Origin: the human T2T-CHM13v2.0 reference genome, Homo sapiens
Reading direction: 5' to 3' (one strand)
Assembly: GCF_009914755.1 (NCBI RefSeq)
Contig: NC_060926.1
DNA: 64,000 nucleotides
The notes below the pieces were generated by a model. That model had not been told where the DNA came from. It saw only the letters and a program-made list of their open reading frames with translations, and did no database searches. The position numbers and the translations under genes were made by a program. Every line of letters starts with the position of its first letter. The stretch's first letter is position 1. This document shows, piece by piece, positions 1-13,523 of this stretch.

Positions 1-191
1 TATTAGATGCCACCAAGTAGCTGCATAACTCACCCATTTGGTCAGAGCCTGGGTCTAAGCCAGGTCTGACAGACTCCAAAGCAAGCCCTGTTTACAGCAT
101 GACTGGGATCCAGTGGGTAAGACCAACCTGTCAATGCCCAAGTGCAGATGCAATAATAGTGCTTCAACTGATTGTTGCAAACCCCTCATGA

Positions 192-604
<413 letters not shown>

Positions 605-934
605 TAAGCTAATTATTCAGCAAGTATTTTGCACTGAACTCTAAATAGGTAAGTATTTTGTGTCCATTTTACAGACAAGAGAAATAAAATAGGTAAAGTA
701 TTTCCCCAAAGCTATGATAAATGAATCCCATAGCTAGAAATGGCAGAAAACCCATGGAAACTTCTATGGGGAGTGGATGTCTGCCTTACCTTGGCACAAT
801 GCTTGGTTCTCAGATATCATTTCAGTGACATTGCCAAATGGGAGAAACCATGTCTGGTACACGGGACTCAAGCTGCCTCAAAATATCCTGAATGCATTTT
901 TTCAGGGGAGAAAATCCATTTGAATAAGAATAGC

Positions 935-1156
935 TAGTTATAGCTTATTATGTGCCAGACACTATTCAAAGTGTTTAATGTGTATTAACTTCTCAAAACC
1001 ACTCTATAAGTTAGGTACTATGATTTCCATCTCCATTTTACAGACGAGGGAACTGAGCTGTCAAAACTAAGTGACTTGATTGAGGCCATGCAGCTGGCGA
1101 GGGGAGGACCAGGATCTGAACCCAACTGGGTCTCCCAAGCCTGGGCCACTGAACCA
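935..1156 (-). mobile_element. MIR SINE
   Basis: MIR core CCATTTTACAGACGAGGGAACTGAG..AAGTGACTTG..GGATCTGAACCCA. Confidence 0.85.
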
Positions 1157-2061
1157 TTTCACCTCTTGGAAAAACTTAATGGTCAGAGTGGCCCACCCAG
1201 TCCATGGACAGCATGGAGGTAATGAACTTTAATCAGAAACTTATTGTGCATTGACTGAGCATTTATTCTTTTAAGACAATATGTTTGGATGTCTTTGGTT
1301 GTACAGAATTCAAATTATTAATAATGTTCACAAAAGTTGCCCTGTATTTTTATGCTGAAATACAACAAAATGTCAACTTGGTTCCAGTGACCTTTATACC
1401 GTACATATTATGTTTATTGTAGTTCTGTATTGTAGCTAAATTTATTATCTAACTTGTTGATGCCAATAAGCTGATGCATATGAAAGGTACCTGCAAAAAA
1501 ATTATCATATCAAAACACTTCAGAAGAAGCCATAAAAGTATTATGATAAAATATCAGAGGAAGATATAAAATTGGGGGGAGGTGAAGTTATACTTTGCAG
1601 CATTTGCTCACGATATTTGAGAGAGTAAACTTTTCTGTCTTTTAAATGATTTCTGAATTTCTCTAACAGTGCTGCTCTGTTTTCTCGGTCAACCTTGCTG
1701 GATAGCCCAGTTTTCCTTTGCAGTCTGCAGAGCATGTGGCAGGACTATAGGCCTGTTTTATCTCTTTCTCACATAGCCCTCTGACCAAGAATCTGCGGAG
1801 GTCATCCCTCACCTCCAGAGTTGGTCTTGTCCCTAGCACCCACGTGTGCTCTGTGGCTCAGAATGGTCTACAGGATCTTCCAAATCCAAGCACAGGGTAA
1901 AGGTTTGCAGTTTATATTTTTAATTTTTAGTACATGTTTACTGAGCTACCGAAGTGTGCCCAGCACTGTGCACACGCTGATCCCTCCATGGAGCATGGTT
2001 GGAAATTCCCAGAGCAGCCCCTTTCTCTGAACACAGTGTGACACAACTCGCTGGCTGTTAG

Positions 2062-2465
<404 letters not shown>

Positions 2466-2484
2466 TATTTTCTTACACAATAGT

Positions 2485-2900
2485 TCTACTGGGGCTCCCC
2501 AGGCTGCAGACACAGAACCTGAGCTTATGGGGCAGGAGACTGAGTGAGGATACCTATGGGGACCCACATGGAGGAAGGGATGGGAACAAGGCAGGACTGG
2601 GAGGGAGAAGCCGGACTCAACAGAGTCCAGCTGACCTTGGGGAGCTCTGAAGATAAAAGCCCTTCAATGTGGTCTCCAGTTGAGGCAAGGGGGTCAGGTC
2701 TTTATTCCCCTACACTAACCAAAGGCTAATACAGAATTCCTTAGGAAGAGGCATGACCTTGGGCTAGGCTGCTCTCTCCAGCCAGGGACATTTTTGGAAG
2801 AGGCTGGCAGCTGATCTGCTACCGCCATGCCCAGCAGCTGATGGAAGGAGTGTTTTGAGTCCTAACGAGATGTGGAGAGCCCAACGCAATATCCACTAAA
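2485..2900 (-). mobile_element. LTR16-like ERVL solo LTR (degenerate)
   Basis: Motifs GGGAGCTCTGAAG and GGCATGACCTTGGGCTAGGCTGCTCTCTCCAGC resemble reverse-complement LTR16C. Confidence 0.6.
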
Positions 2901-3769
2901 CTCTCCATGTCTTATCTTAAACCTAGAATCGTGTGCCATCTATATTATTAAAATAGAAAGCAAAGAAATCCAGAGAATTAGCAACTCTCAAAAAAGACAG
3001 GATCTCAGAGGTACCCAAGGTTAGTGTCCCCGAACGTAGATACTACTCCTACAATGCCCTAGCAGTGAATCATCTCTTTGTACACCTTGAGAGACAGCAG
3101 CTCACCACTGGGAACCTCTAGTTGTGATGTGGTTTTTACTTATATCTTCTAGGTGGAAATTGCACTTTGATAACAGTAACTGTATTGACAAATTACGGTC
3201 GGTGTATTGAAACTGGAAAAGAGTTAGTATGGTTGTGCAAAATAATTTGGACCTAGGACTGAAATAATGGAGCAGATATTAATCATTTCCTTTAACTTAT
3301 TTTACAAGATGTTTTCCACTAAGTAGTCAGAATAATCTTTTTTAATGAAAGTCAGATTAAATTTTTTTAGACTCAAAGCTCTCCACAATTGGAAAGTAGC
3401 TCATACTACTCACTATGGCCTACGAGCCCCTCTGGTCTGGAGCCTGACCCCAGGTCAGCCCTCATCTCCCACCCACCACTCAGCCTTCAGCCCCTTTGCC
3501 ACTGCCACGTGGGCCTTTCTGGTGCTCTCCAGATGCCCCCACCTCGTTCTGCTACAGGACTTTGCACTTGATGGGAAGCCTGGCTTGGTGCTCTCCTTCA
3601 AGACCTTTGTAAGCTTCCATTCAAATGCCAAGTTTTCAGAAGGGCTTCCCTGCCACACCCCATCTCAGAAGAGCTCCTGAGTCTCTTGACCCCTTGTGCT
3701 GCTTGCTTTCTTTTCACAGTTCTTATTAATTTCTAATAAGATTTATACGTGCATGTTTGCGTGCATGTG

Positions 3770-3886
3770 TTACAAATATATACACTCTTATATACATATA
3801 CACATACATATATATACATACAGACATGTATACATATACACATATATACCTATACACATATATGCATATTCACATATGTATTGTAT
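3770..3886. repeat. (TA/CA)-rich low-complexity repeat
   Basis: Degenerate TATACA/CATA alternating repeat seen directly. Confidence 0.85.
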
Positions 3887-3887
3887 C

Positions 3888-4330
3888 TAGTTGACCTTTG
3901 AACAATGAAAAGGTTAGGGCCACTAACCCTCCTCAGCCAAAAAGCCACCTACAACTTTTGACTCCCCAAAAACTTAGCTACTAATAGCCTGCTGTTGGCC
4001 AGAAACCTTGCTAGTAACATATATAGTCAATCAACACATATTTTGTGTGTTATATGCACTATATATTGTATCTTACAATAATAAAAGCTAGAGAAAAAGA
4101 AAATGTTGTTAAGAAAATCATAAGGACAAGAAAATAACATTTACCATTCATTAAGTGGAAGAGGATCATCATAAAGGTCTTCATCTTTGTAGTCTTCACG
4201 TTGAGTAGGCTGCTTGGGAGGAGGAAGAAGAGGAGTGGGTCTTGCTATCTCACGGGTGGCAGAGATGGAAGAAAATCCATCTATAAGTGGACCCATAAAC
4301 TTCAAACCTGTGATGCTCAAGGGTCAACTC
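3888..4330 (+). mobile_element. Tigger2a-like non-autonomous DNA transposon
   Basis: Terminal inverted repeats AGTTGACCTTTGAACA ... TGCTCAAGGGTCAACT. Internal ACTTTTGACTCCCCAAAAACTTAGCTACTAATAGCC. About 440 bp. Confidence 0.85.
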
Positions 4331-4354
4331 TGTAATAAAAAATGTGCGTGTATG

Positions 4355-4613
4355 CGCATGTTCTCACTCATAGGTGGGAACTGAACAATGAGAACACATG
4401 GACACAGGGTGGGGAACATCACACACCGGGGCCTGCCCGGGGGTCAGGGAAGCGGGGAGGGATAGCATTAGGAGATATACCTAACGCAAATGGCAAGTTA
4501 ACGGGTGCAGCACACCAACATGTATACATATGTAACAAGCCTGCACGTTGTGCACATGTACTCTATAACTTAAAGTAAAATAATAATAAAAAATAAATAA
4601 ATAAATAAATAAA
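4355..4613 (+). mobile_element. L1PA 3' end (5'-truncated) with A-rich tail
   Basis: CATGTTCTCACTCATAGGTGGGAACTGAACAATGAGAACACATGGACACAGG ... GCACATGTAC, then an (AAAT)n tail. Near-TSD AAATGTGYGTGT. Confidence 0.93.
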
Positions 4614-4780
4614 TGTGTGTGTGTGTATTGAACACATATCGTGTTCGTCACTACGTCTCTAAGCTTCTAGAACAGTTCCTGACACATAGTAGCATTAAAT
4701 AAATATTTGTTGTATGAAGACATTAATAAATGGCATCAATGAACAAATAGAAGCTTGCTTAAAATGTATAGATAATGTAG

Positions 4781-5110
<330 letters not shown>

Positions 5111-6529
5111 AAGTTACTGAAATTTTTAAGAAGGGGATGAGAATAAATATCAGCTAAAATAAAATAATCTAATGAATGGAAATAAACATGTTTTTGTACT
5201 GAGCTATAGTCAAGGAGAAGAGCATTTATATCACAGTTCCTTTCTAGGCACCTTGACGGCAGGGATCATGTTTCATTCCAGTTGTATTCTCCAAACCCCC
5301 ACTATGGTACCTTAAATTATTAGGTACCCACTAGATGTTTGTTGAATTTAATTGATTTAGCCCGTTTAACCTCATCATCAAGACAGAAGACCACAGTCCC
5401 CTGATGCTGTTATAAATGCAGAAGGCTAGTGTGTTCCAAGTGTCAGTATGTCTTTTTCTAGATCATCTTTAATACTATTAGACTAGTGTACCAATTTTCC
5501 TCAATATGTATAAGTAGACTTATGAAAAAAACATTCAATATTGCATTGCTATTTAAGAGGATTTGCTAAGTTTCATATGAATGAAAGGCCCATTGAGTGG
5601 AACTGAGAAGGACTAGCCCATCAACAACATTTTATGGGGTGGACTCTTCTCAGCCCCATCGTGGACAGAGGTGTTGCTTTCATGCTTCAAAGGACGGCTC
5701 AGGACACACTTAGCTGTTGGAAGGAGGCGTGTAGGGAGTCTGGCTGGGTTCCTTCATTTTAGTTTGGTGAACCAGCCACTCGACCTCCTTAGGAGAAACT
5801 GGTACCATGTGTCTTGAAACAAATAAATGACTGACTCTGACATTCCCCTTTTAGGATAAACTGCTTCCCTAGAAATCCTCTCCAGCATTCTTGCCACCAC
5901 GACTTTGGGACACATTGACCATGAGGAGGAGCTGGTCAATGATGGACAGGAGTCCAGATTAGCAGAGATGTGGTAATAAGGACACCGATGCCTAAATACT
6001 TGAAATATCCAATAGGAAGCATTCCACCTTTGTGCAAATGCGAACCACATCTCACCAAGTTCAGGCCAAGGCTGCCACCGGTGACGTTTTGGAAAAGAAA
6101 AAAAAAAGCGGGGGGAGAGGAGAGAAACAGAGAAGCAAGGAATGCAGAAGAGAGCAGAGGCCACAAAAACAGCAGCAACGTGTCCTGTGTATTCTGTTTC
6201 CTTGTAAAACTATGAAGCATGTTAAGGAGATACTTCATTTTTTGAGGATTCATACTCTTGTTTATATTATAATAAAAACAACCCATGTTCTTTCTAAAAA
6301 TTTAGGCAATGCCTTCGTGCACATAAAAGTAAAACAAAATCACCTGTAATCCTACCACACGCAGATCAGCACTTGCTAATCTTTTCACAGGGATCCTAAG
6401 AATATCCTATTCTCTATAGAATATAGTTGATTTATGTTACCTAATAACTAACTGTTAACCATTTTAAAATTCTTCAGTTTTACATTATGCTAGAAAAAAG
6501 GAGCCGTCACTCTACGTGACATTTCTGTA

Positions 6530-7300
6530 TATTGGTTTATTCATTCAATAAACATTTTTTAAGTACCTACTATGTTCCAAGAAGTATGCTATTTTCCTGT
6601 GCTACACAATGAAAGACATCATTCTTGTTCTCATGCAGTTCAGTGAGAATGGAAAGTAATTACAGTTCAGTGAATTATAATTCAGTGAGTAGGAGCATCT
6701 TGCTTAGCTAGAAACAAAGATTTTCAAAAGACATAGTAAATGAATTTGGTATTAATGAGTAAAAGTCAGTTAATAGGAACAAAGTTGGGAGAAAGGAACA
6801 GGGTTGGGCAAAGACACGGAGGTGAGAGTCAACATGGTGCATTTACGAACAGACAGGAGGTCCAGAGAGTTGGAGCTCAGGATGTGGGAAACAAAATAGT
6901 GGAGGTTGGCAGAGGGTGGGCCCTGCAAAAACACACAGACTTTGTCAGCCATGGGATTCAGAGTGCTGACAAGGCCTTATGGGCATTTGTTAAGAGGACT
7001 CTAGGTGCCGTGTAAAGGATGGGTTGGGAAGCCCAAGTGGTCAGAAGACCCTGGAGGACCCAGAATGGCAGGAAGCACGTCAGGAGCTCCACAGAGGTGA
7101 GAGTGAGGAACAGGAGGAGGCGAGAGCTGGGTAGGAAAGGGAAGGGTCAGCATCAGCTGTGGAGGTATGGGGTAGTGCGGACACAGGGCTCATCTTTCTG
7201 GGGAAAATGGCTGACAAGACTGGGGATGCCCAAGCACCAGCTCAGTGGAGAATCAGACAACAAACTAAGGACAAGAAGTCAGAACTTAGTCACCAGAACT
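6530..7300 (-). mobile_element. L2 LINE fragment
   Basis: TTCATTCAATAAACATTTTTTAAGTACCTACTATGTTCCAAG is a typical reverse L2 3' end, followed by a purine-rich degenerate body. Confidence 0.65.
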
Positions 7301-8739
7301 GTGCTCTAGAACAGGAATCAACAACAATGTGGGATTTGGTGGTTATATATGTGTTTGAGGCAAAACCAAGACAAACTAGACACCAGGCATATAGTAGCAA
7401 GCCTTCTCCCCCACTCCTGACTTCTTTCTCAGAATGTCCACCTTCAGAAAACCACTTCACAGGTGCAGATCCCCCCAAGTTTTTCTGTGTTTCACTACTC
7501 ACACTTCACCTAAGTCCATCCAAGGCGTTTGCTCTTTTCCTGCCCCTTTCTCTCTCTTCCCCTCCTCCCTGCTCTTGCTCACTCTCTCTCTCTCTCACAC
7601 ACACACATACATACTTAGAATGACTTTCTCCTTTCCTTCATGCTGCCAATTCCTGCCTAGATTTTGTAGCGAACAATCTTTTTCCTATTCTCTATCTTCG
7701 TTTCACATATATGCCACAGAGGAGTCTCACCTCTCTCTCCTGGAATGAGACCTGCTGTGATGCGTCCGTATCATGGAGTGCTATGGTAAGGAGGACATGA
7801 GTTTGGAAGGGTCCCTGGAAATATTGCCAAAGCTACACATAGACACACATGTGCACATGTACACACAAGTCTTAGTCTATGCTGCATCTTTTAAAATTAA
7901 ACCTATGTTTCTTCAAGCATCAGCATTTTAGATCAAACATTTTAAATGATCTCTTAGTCAATTTTATCACCTTATTATTTTTCTACTTGGTTTAACTCAT
8001 CAGCATGGCAACCATGCTGACGTTTGGCTTATTTTCTTAGTGTACCTAGCATTTCAGCAATGCAGTTGCTGTGCATTAAACAGACTTTTATAGGTTAAAT
8101 CTAGAACATAATGACAACTTGTAATAAATTCCTTTGGAAAAATGTAATCTGAGATCCCAAGCAACGAACTTCGAATGAACATATAGAAGTTACTTACTCA
8201 TAATTGGGAGTTTCCTGAGTAGAGAACAGATATAGATATATGTAAATATATCTAGATAGAACTCTAAATGTGATAGAACTCTAAATATCATTGTGTTGTA
8301 GTTAAGATAATGTTCCACAGCAGGAAAAAGGAGCACATTCATCAATTATCCACGAGTTTAACATCAGTTACAAAAATCTAATCATTAGTTGAAGAAAACC
8401 TTATGTCTTAATCAGAAAAATGTCTGTAGGAACATTGTTTACTGAATTTAGATTCTTGGAATAAATGGCAAAAATAGAAGTCAAACCAGCTTGTGAATTT
8501 CAAACCTAATTTCATTTGCTGATGGCCACTTTCAACAGTGGAGTATCTGTAAGCTAAACGAAAGCTAACAAACAAAACTCAGAAGAAAGCACAATTAATT
8601 AATTTGCAAATTTGTTCTTTCCTGCCACAGATCAATTTTGAGGCATAAATATCACAAGCAGGAATTTAGAAAAACATGTCTCAAAATATATTCTGTAAAA
8701 GATTAGTGCCCTACAAGATGTTAACGGTTGTTGTATTAA

Positions 8740-8900
8740 AAAGAAAAAAAAAATATGCAGCCAAGCAGATTTGGGCATGCTGAGTTAATCACAGTTAAAC
8801 AGGCTTCCTTTCTCTAGAACTTCTCACAGATTTTACTACATTACATGAGTTGTGAATTTCTAAGGAGTGACATTATTTCTCAGACTTATTTGTGCCGCAA
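8740..8900. mobile_element. MER103-like hAT-Charlie fragment
   Basis: TTTGGGCATGCTGAGTTAATCACAGTTAAACAGGCTTC..ACTTCTCACAG..CAGACTTATTTG resembles MER103C. Confidence 0.55.
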
Positions 8901-10319
8901 CAACTAGTAGTAGTGCTTTATAACTCACATGGCAGGAAGCTTAGGCTCAGAATGGGAAGGCCTTTCAAAATAGGTGAAAATCATGGTTGTTTTAAACTGC
9001 ACTATGGGCCAGAAATCAGTATCAGTATGCCCAGGTGTCCAGAAGGGATTCTCCAGAGCTTTGTTATAAATGCAAGGTCTGAGAAACAAGGAATACAGCC
9101 AGCAGTCACAATACCCATGTCTTTCAAACAAATTTAAGGGGAAAAAATTAAGAAAAGCTCCCCAGAGCTGCCATTTTTCAAAACACTATGTTCAAGAAGT
9201 GGGAGCGGGGAGTGTGGGGAACAGCAGGGAGGGATCTCTAGGGGACTGAACAGCAAATGTTAATATTCTTGTGTTCATGGGCACCTTGGAGGGATGGGTC
9301 AATCTAGCCCCGATTGTGGAAATCTCCTTAGACATTCAGCGTAAACTGCCACGGGGATTGGTCTTTCCCTCTGAAAGCTACACCCTTATTGCTTTATAAT
9401 GACAGTACTTTATATTTTGAATAAATATTTAATTCATTTATGCTAACCCCAAAAGCTGAAAGTACTGTCAGAGTATGCAAGGGGACTCTAAATTTATGTT
9501 CTAATTACCTGACCGTTTCATCAAAAAGTAGACACGGTGTCTGTGGTTTCGGACTTTGAAATAAACCCTATATAAAGAAAAAAAAAATGCCAGGCACATA
9601 GAGCTCATTCATGCCCATGTTTATGGTTTCTCTACCTGCAAAAAGGAAAGATTCTGTGAAGGTGTAGTGTGGAGAAATCGACACAATTTTCTTGTTCATC
9701 AAATTAAGTCAGTGCATATTTTATTCCGCAAAACATGAAATTAGGGTGTGGCTCCTTAAATTTAGGAGGTTTTTTTTTTTTTTTTTTTTTGCCATGCATA
9801 ACTTTTCTGAATTGATAAGTGAAGATATCACATGGGAAAGAAAGTTTACAGAGGAAATTCAGTAGGAATTTTTTTTTACGTTTGTAAACTCAAGTATTAT
9901 GAATTAAACTTTAAAAGACACTACTTTTTGGAAAAGAAATGTAAAACTACTGCTAATGATGGTATCATTAGTGCACAATCAGAATAGTTTTTCAGTGCTT
10001 TACTGTAATGATTCAGTGAAATCAATGAGATTATTCATATTCCGTCAAAACCTTGACTTCTTAATACCAAAGCCGGAAAATAGAAGTTAACCATAGCTTG
10101 GGTTCTCCTGAAGCCCTTACATTGGTCAATGTGTGGGACACATGGCTCAGCCTAAACTGGTCACATGCCCAGCCTAGAGCACAACAACCCCAGGGACAGA
10201 TGTGACAGGAAAGTGGAAGGTCATTAACGGTTTCATCCCCATTATTATAGGCCCAAAGCCCACCCTTATGATGCACTCTGCTCTAAGAGGGCTAGAAAAC
10301 CAGTATCTTTCATAGTAAT

Positions 10320-11010
10320 GACTTCCAGTTTACAGCCTTCATTTGTTATATTTCCTCAATAGCTGTTGTGTTGAGATTAACTGCATAAATGGTCTGCAGC
10401 TGTCTGTTATGAATTAAGGGAGTTTAATCAAAGTATTTCTAATGTACAGCATAATGATAATACATGGGGGAAGTACTATTTAAGAGATAATGATGGCTTC
10501 AGAAGATCACTGTTGTAATGTTTAGTGCATATGCCTTCAGCATTGAATTTGTTGTTGTTCTGAATATGCTTAATGGATCACTGAAAAGCTGCCTAATGCG
10601 GGATTGTTTGATGGGGCTGACAGAGCTGGAATTAGCCCATTGCTGTTTACTGCATACAGCCATTAAGATTAATTGCTGCCAGATAATTTTGACTGTTTTT
10701 ATCTTCTGGAAAAAGTGTCACTAATGGGTTTATAAATTGGTTCACTATTACTAATAGTAAGGCCAGTGTAACACAATAGAATGTCAGCTAATTCTAAAGA
10801 TAAAGGTAAAAAAGTATAAAGTACTATATGGCTTGCTAGTTTTAAGGGATACTGTTATCTAATAACAGACAGACTGATATATGATGCTCATTAATGCTAT
10901 TTCCTGAGCTTTGGGTTGAACCTAATAGATGCTAATAAAGTCTTATTTGATGTCCCATTAAAAAGCTCAATCTGTTTTCTGCATTAATGCCCAGTGTTGT
11001 TTATCACATC
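10320..11010. promoter_or_regulatory. Candidate conserved non-coding element (enhancer-like)
   Basis: Repeat-free. Dense TAAT/ATTA motifs, TGTTTAC (FOX), ATCAAAG and TTTGAT (TCF-like), CAGCTG E-box. Conservation was not checked. Confidence 0.5.
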
Positions 11011-12509
11011 TTTGATGACTAAAACCCAAGTTCCAATCTGTTTCATAACCAAGCTTTTTCTGAGTGTCTTTATCCCTATTTTGGTTTTTCTACACATGAA
11101 ATGTGTACAACCAAATCAGAAGAATTAATAACGCACATAAATTTATAATCATGATATATGGTGTATGTTACCTGTGAAGTTTACAATTCAAGCATTTTTA
11201 TATAATGTCTAGACAAGCTTCTAGAAATACTGTATTGCTTTTCTAACCATTGTTTAGGGATTATTTGCAATTGAATACAATTTTGAACATATAGGTAATT
11301 TAAATTAGTGGTGATAAAAACACTTCACATACTTAAATCTTAACAGATTATAGGATTTAAAACTTCTAAGCATATTTCCCTAAAGGAAGTTAAATTGATA
11401 AAATTATTTTTAAGTGATGCAATTCTGGTAGATTATCCATGGAGCCTTAGACATCATTGGGATGTAACCAACCCAACTTCTTGCATTGGTTTGTAGATGT
11501 TTAACATATCAATCTGAGTTTTGCCAGTTTACCATAATTTATCATAAAATTCCTTGTGCTTTGAGTTTCAAATGTATTCCTTACTTCTGAGAGTGCTAAA
11601 AATAAACAGAAAAAATATGTACCAGATAGATAGACAGTGAATATTTAACCACGTAGAAGAAAGCAATAATTCATGAGTAGTGAAGGTGTTCTTTCCTCAA
11701 GAATGGATACTATAAATTATGAAGTGTTTCTTTTGTGAAATCAAAAAGCATATTTATATCTTTTACTTGAAGATGTTTTACATTGCACTTAAAAGTTTTA
11801 CATTTAAGAATATCTGAACTCTTGAAATATAAAATAATATCTGACAGGTTATTTTCCCCCCTTTTCTTTAGTGGTATGGTGGAAGAGGAGGGAAGAAAAC
11901 CTGTGTATTGTAAGTCATATTCTTCTATGGTGTGAAGGTTAACGTAAGTTTTAAGAAAGTTTTTTTTTTTAATTTTATTATATGATCTTGCTCTAAAGGG
12001 ATGTAAATTCAGATGCTGAATTGCACACATCCTTTCTCTTTCATATTTTCAATATTGAACGTAATTTCAATATTTAACATAAAACAATGAGTACATTGTC
12101 TCCACCTCATTGTTTTTGGGTGGTGTTTGTGAGGAGCCTGCGTTCTTTGGAAGGAAGACCTTTCAGATGACCTGACCAGTCCTCCTCTTCAGAACCCGGA
12201 TGCTGGCGAAGCAGGTGAGTGACAGCCTGCTTCCCTCCGTGTGCCACGCAACCCTTGCTTAGAGCGCAGTGTTGACATATTGAAATGCCTGGGGTTTCTC
12301 AGCAGCATTTTAGCACACAAAGAGCTCCTTTGTCAACTTTTAGCAGTGTCTGGTCATACATCCTGGCTATATATAAAGACATTTTCCACTCAAGAAAAAC
12401 CTGGTTTCATTATTTAACTCAGTTTGTCACCTCTGGATGGTTCCCCCAACCCACCCAAAATAGAAGATATTTTTGAGCTCCTTTACCAACATGGGTACCA
12501 GGGACTATG

Positions 12510-12708
12510 GCTGCAGAAAGTAGAATGATAGACATGGGAGACCTGGAAGAGAGGGAGTGCAAGGGGGTGGACGATGAGGAATGACTTATTGAGTACAATA
12601 TATATTATTTGGGTGATGAATACACTAAAAGCTCAGACTTCATCACCATACAATGATATCCCAGTAACAAAATTGCTTTTGCACCCCTTAAATTTATGCA
12701 AAAAAAAA
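12510..12708 (+). mobile_element. L1MA-type 3' end fragment
   Basis: GGGTGATGAATACACTAAAAGCTCAGACTTCATCACCATACAA..GTAACAAAATTGC..CCCCTTAAATTTA followed by an A tail. Confidence 0.8.
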
Positions 12709-12828
12709 CCCACACCAAAACATTGCAATGCATCTTTCTGGTTACAGATTTTTAAAAAGGCATGTACATATCTCCTTCCCTGACCTCCCGTCTCTTTTAG
12801 AGCCAAGAATGCCTGGCTTTGGGCCATC

Positions 12829-12956
12829 TTGTTTTTTAGAGAGATATAGGGTCTCATACCCTCCCAGGCTGGTCTCAAACCACTGGCTCCCAGAGATCCT
12901 CCCACCTTGGCCTCTCAAATTGCTTGAATTAGGGCGTGAGCCACTGAGCCAGGCCT
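12829..12956 (-). mobile_element. FLAM (free left Alu monomer)
   Basis: Single monomer CCAGGCTGGTCTCAAAC..GATCCTCCCACCTTGGCCTC..GTGAGCCACTGAGCCAGGCC. Confidence 0.85.
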
Positions 12957-13081
12957 TGGGCCTTTCAAATGGAATAATAGTAACAAAAAAACTAACGTAA
13001 GCCTGAATGTTTCCTTAGTTATTACATGGTTTACATTTGTAGGTTTGACAAAATGAAAAACAACCCTCATAGTACTCTGTT

Positions 13082-13259
13082 GAAAGAAAGAAAGAGAGAG
13101 AGAGAAGGAAGGAAGGAAGGAAGGAAGGAAGGAAGGAAGGAAGGAAAGAAGGGAGGGAGGGAAAGGGAGAAAGGAAACAGAGGGAGGGAGGGAGGGAAGG
13201 AAGGAAGGAAGGAGAGAAAGAGAGAAAGAAAGAAAGAGAAAGAGAGAATGAAGGAAGGA

Positions 13260-13314
<55 letters not shown>

Positions 13315-13434
13315 GGAGGGAGGGAGGGAGGGAGGGAGGGAGGGAAGGAAGGAGGGAGGGAGGGAAAGAAAGAAAGAAATGAAGAAAGGAAGGAAAGAAG
13401 GAAGGAAAGAAAGAAAAAGAAAGAAAGAAAGAAA

Positions 13435-13502
<68 letters not shown>

Positions 13503-13523
13503 AAAGAAAGAGAAAAGAGGAAA
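13082..13523. repeat. Compound polypurine microsatellite (GGAA/GAAA/GGGA)
   Basis: 442 nt with only three pyrimidines (13178, 13249, 13380). (GGAA)10 at 13107-13146. Confidence 0.98.

Noticed and set aside
5754-6349. Four overlapping ORFs of 81-136 aa in unique sequence
   Set aside because: No recognisable domain, mutually overlapping on both strands, no convincing splice context. Consistent with chance.
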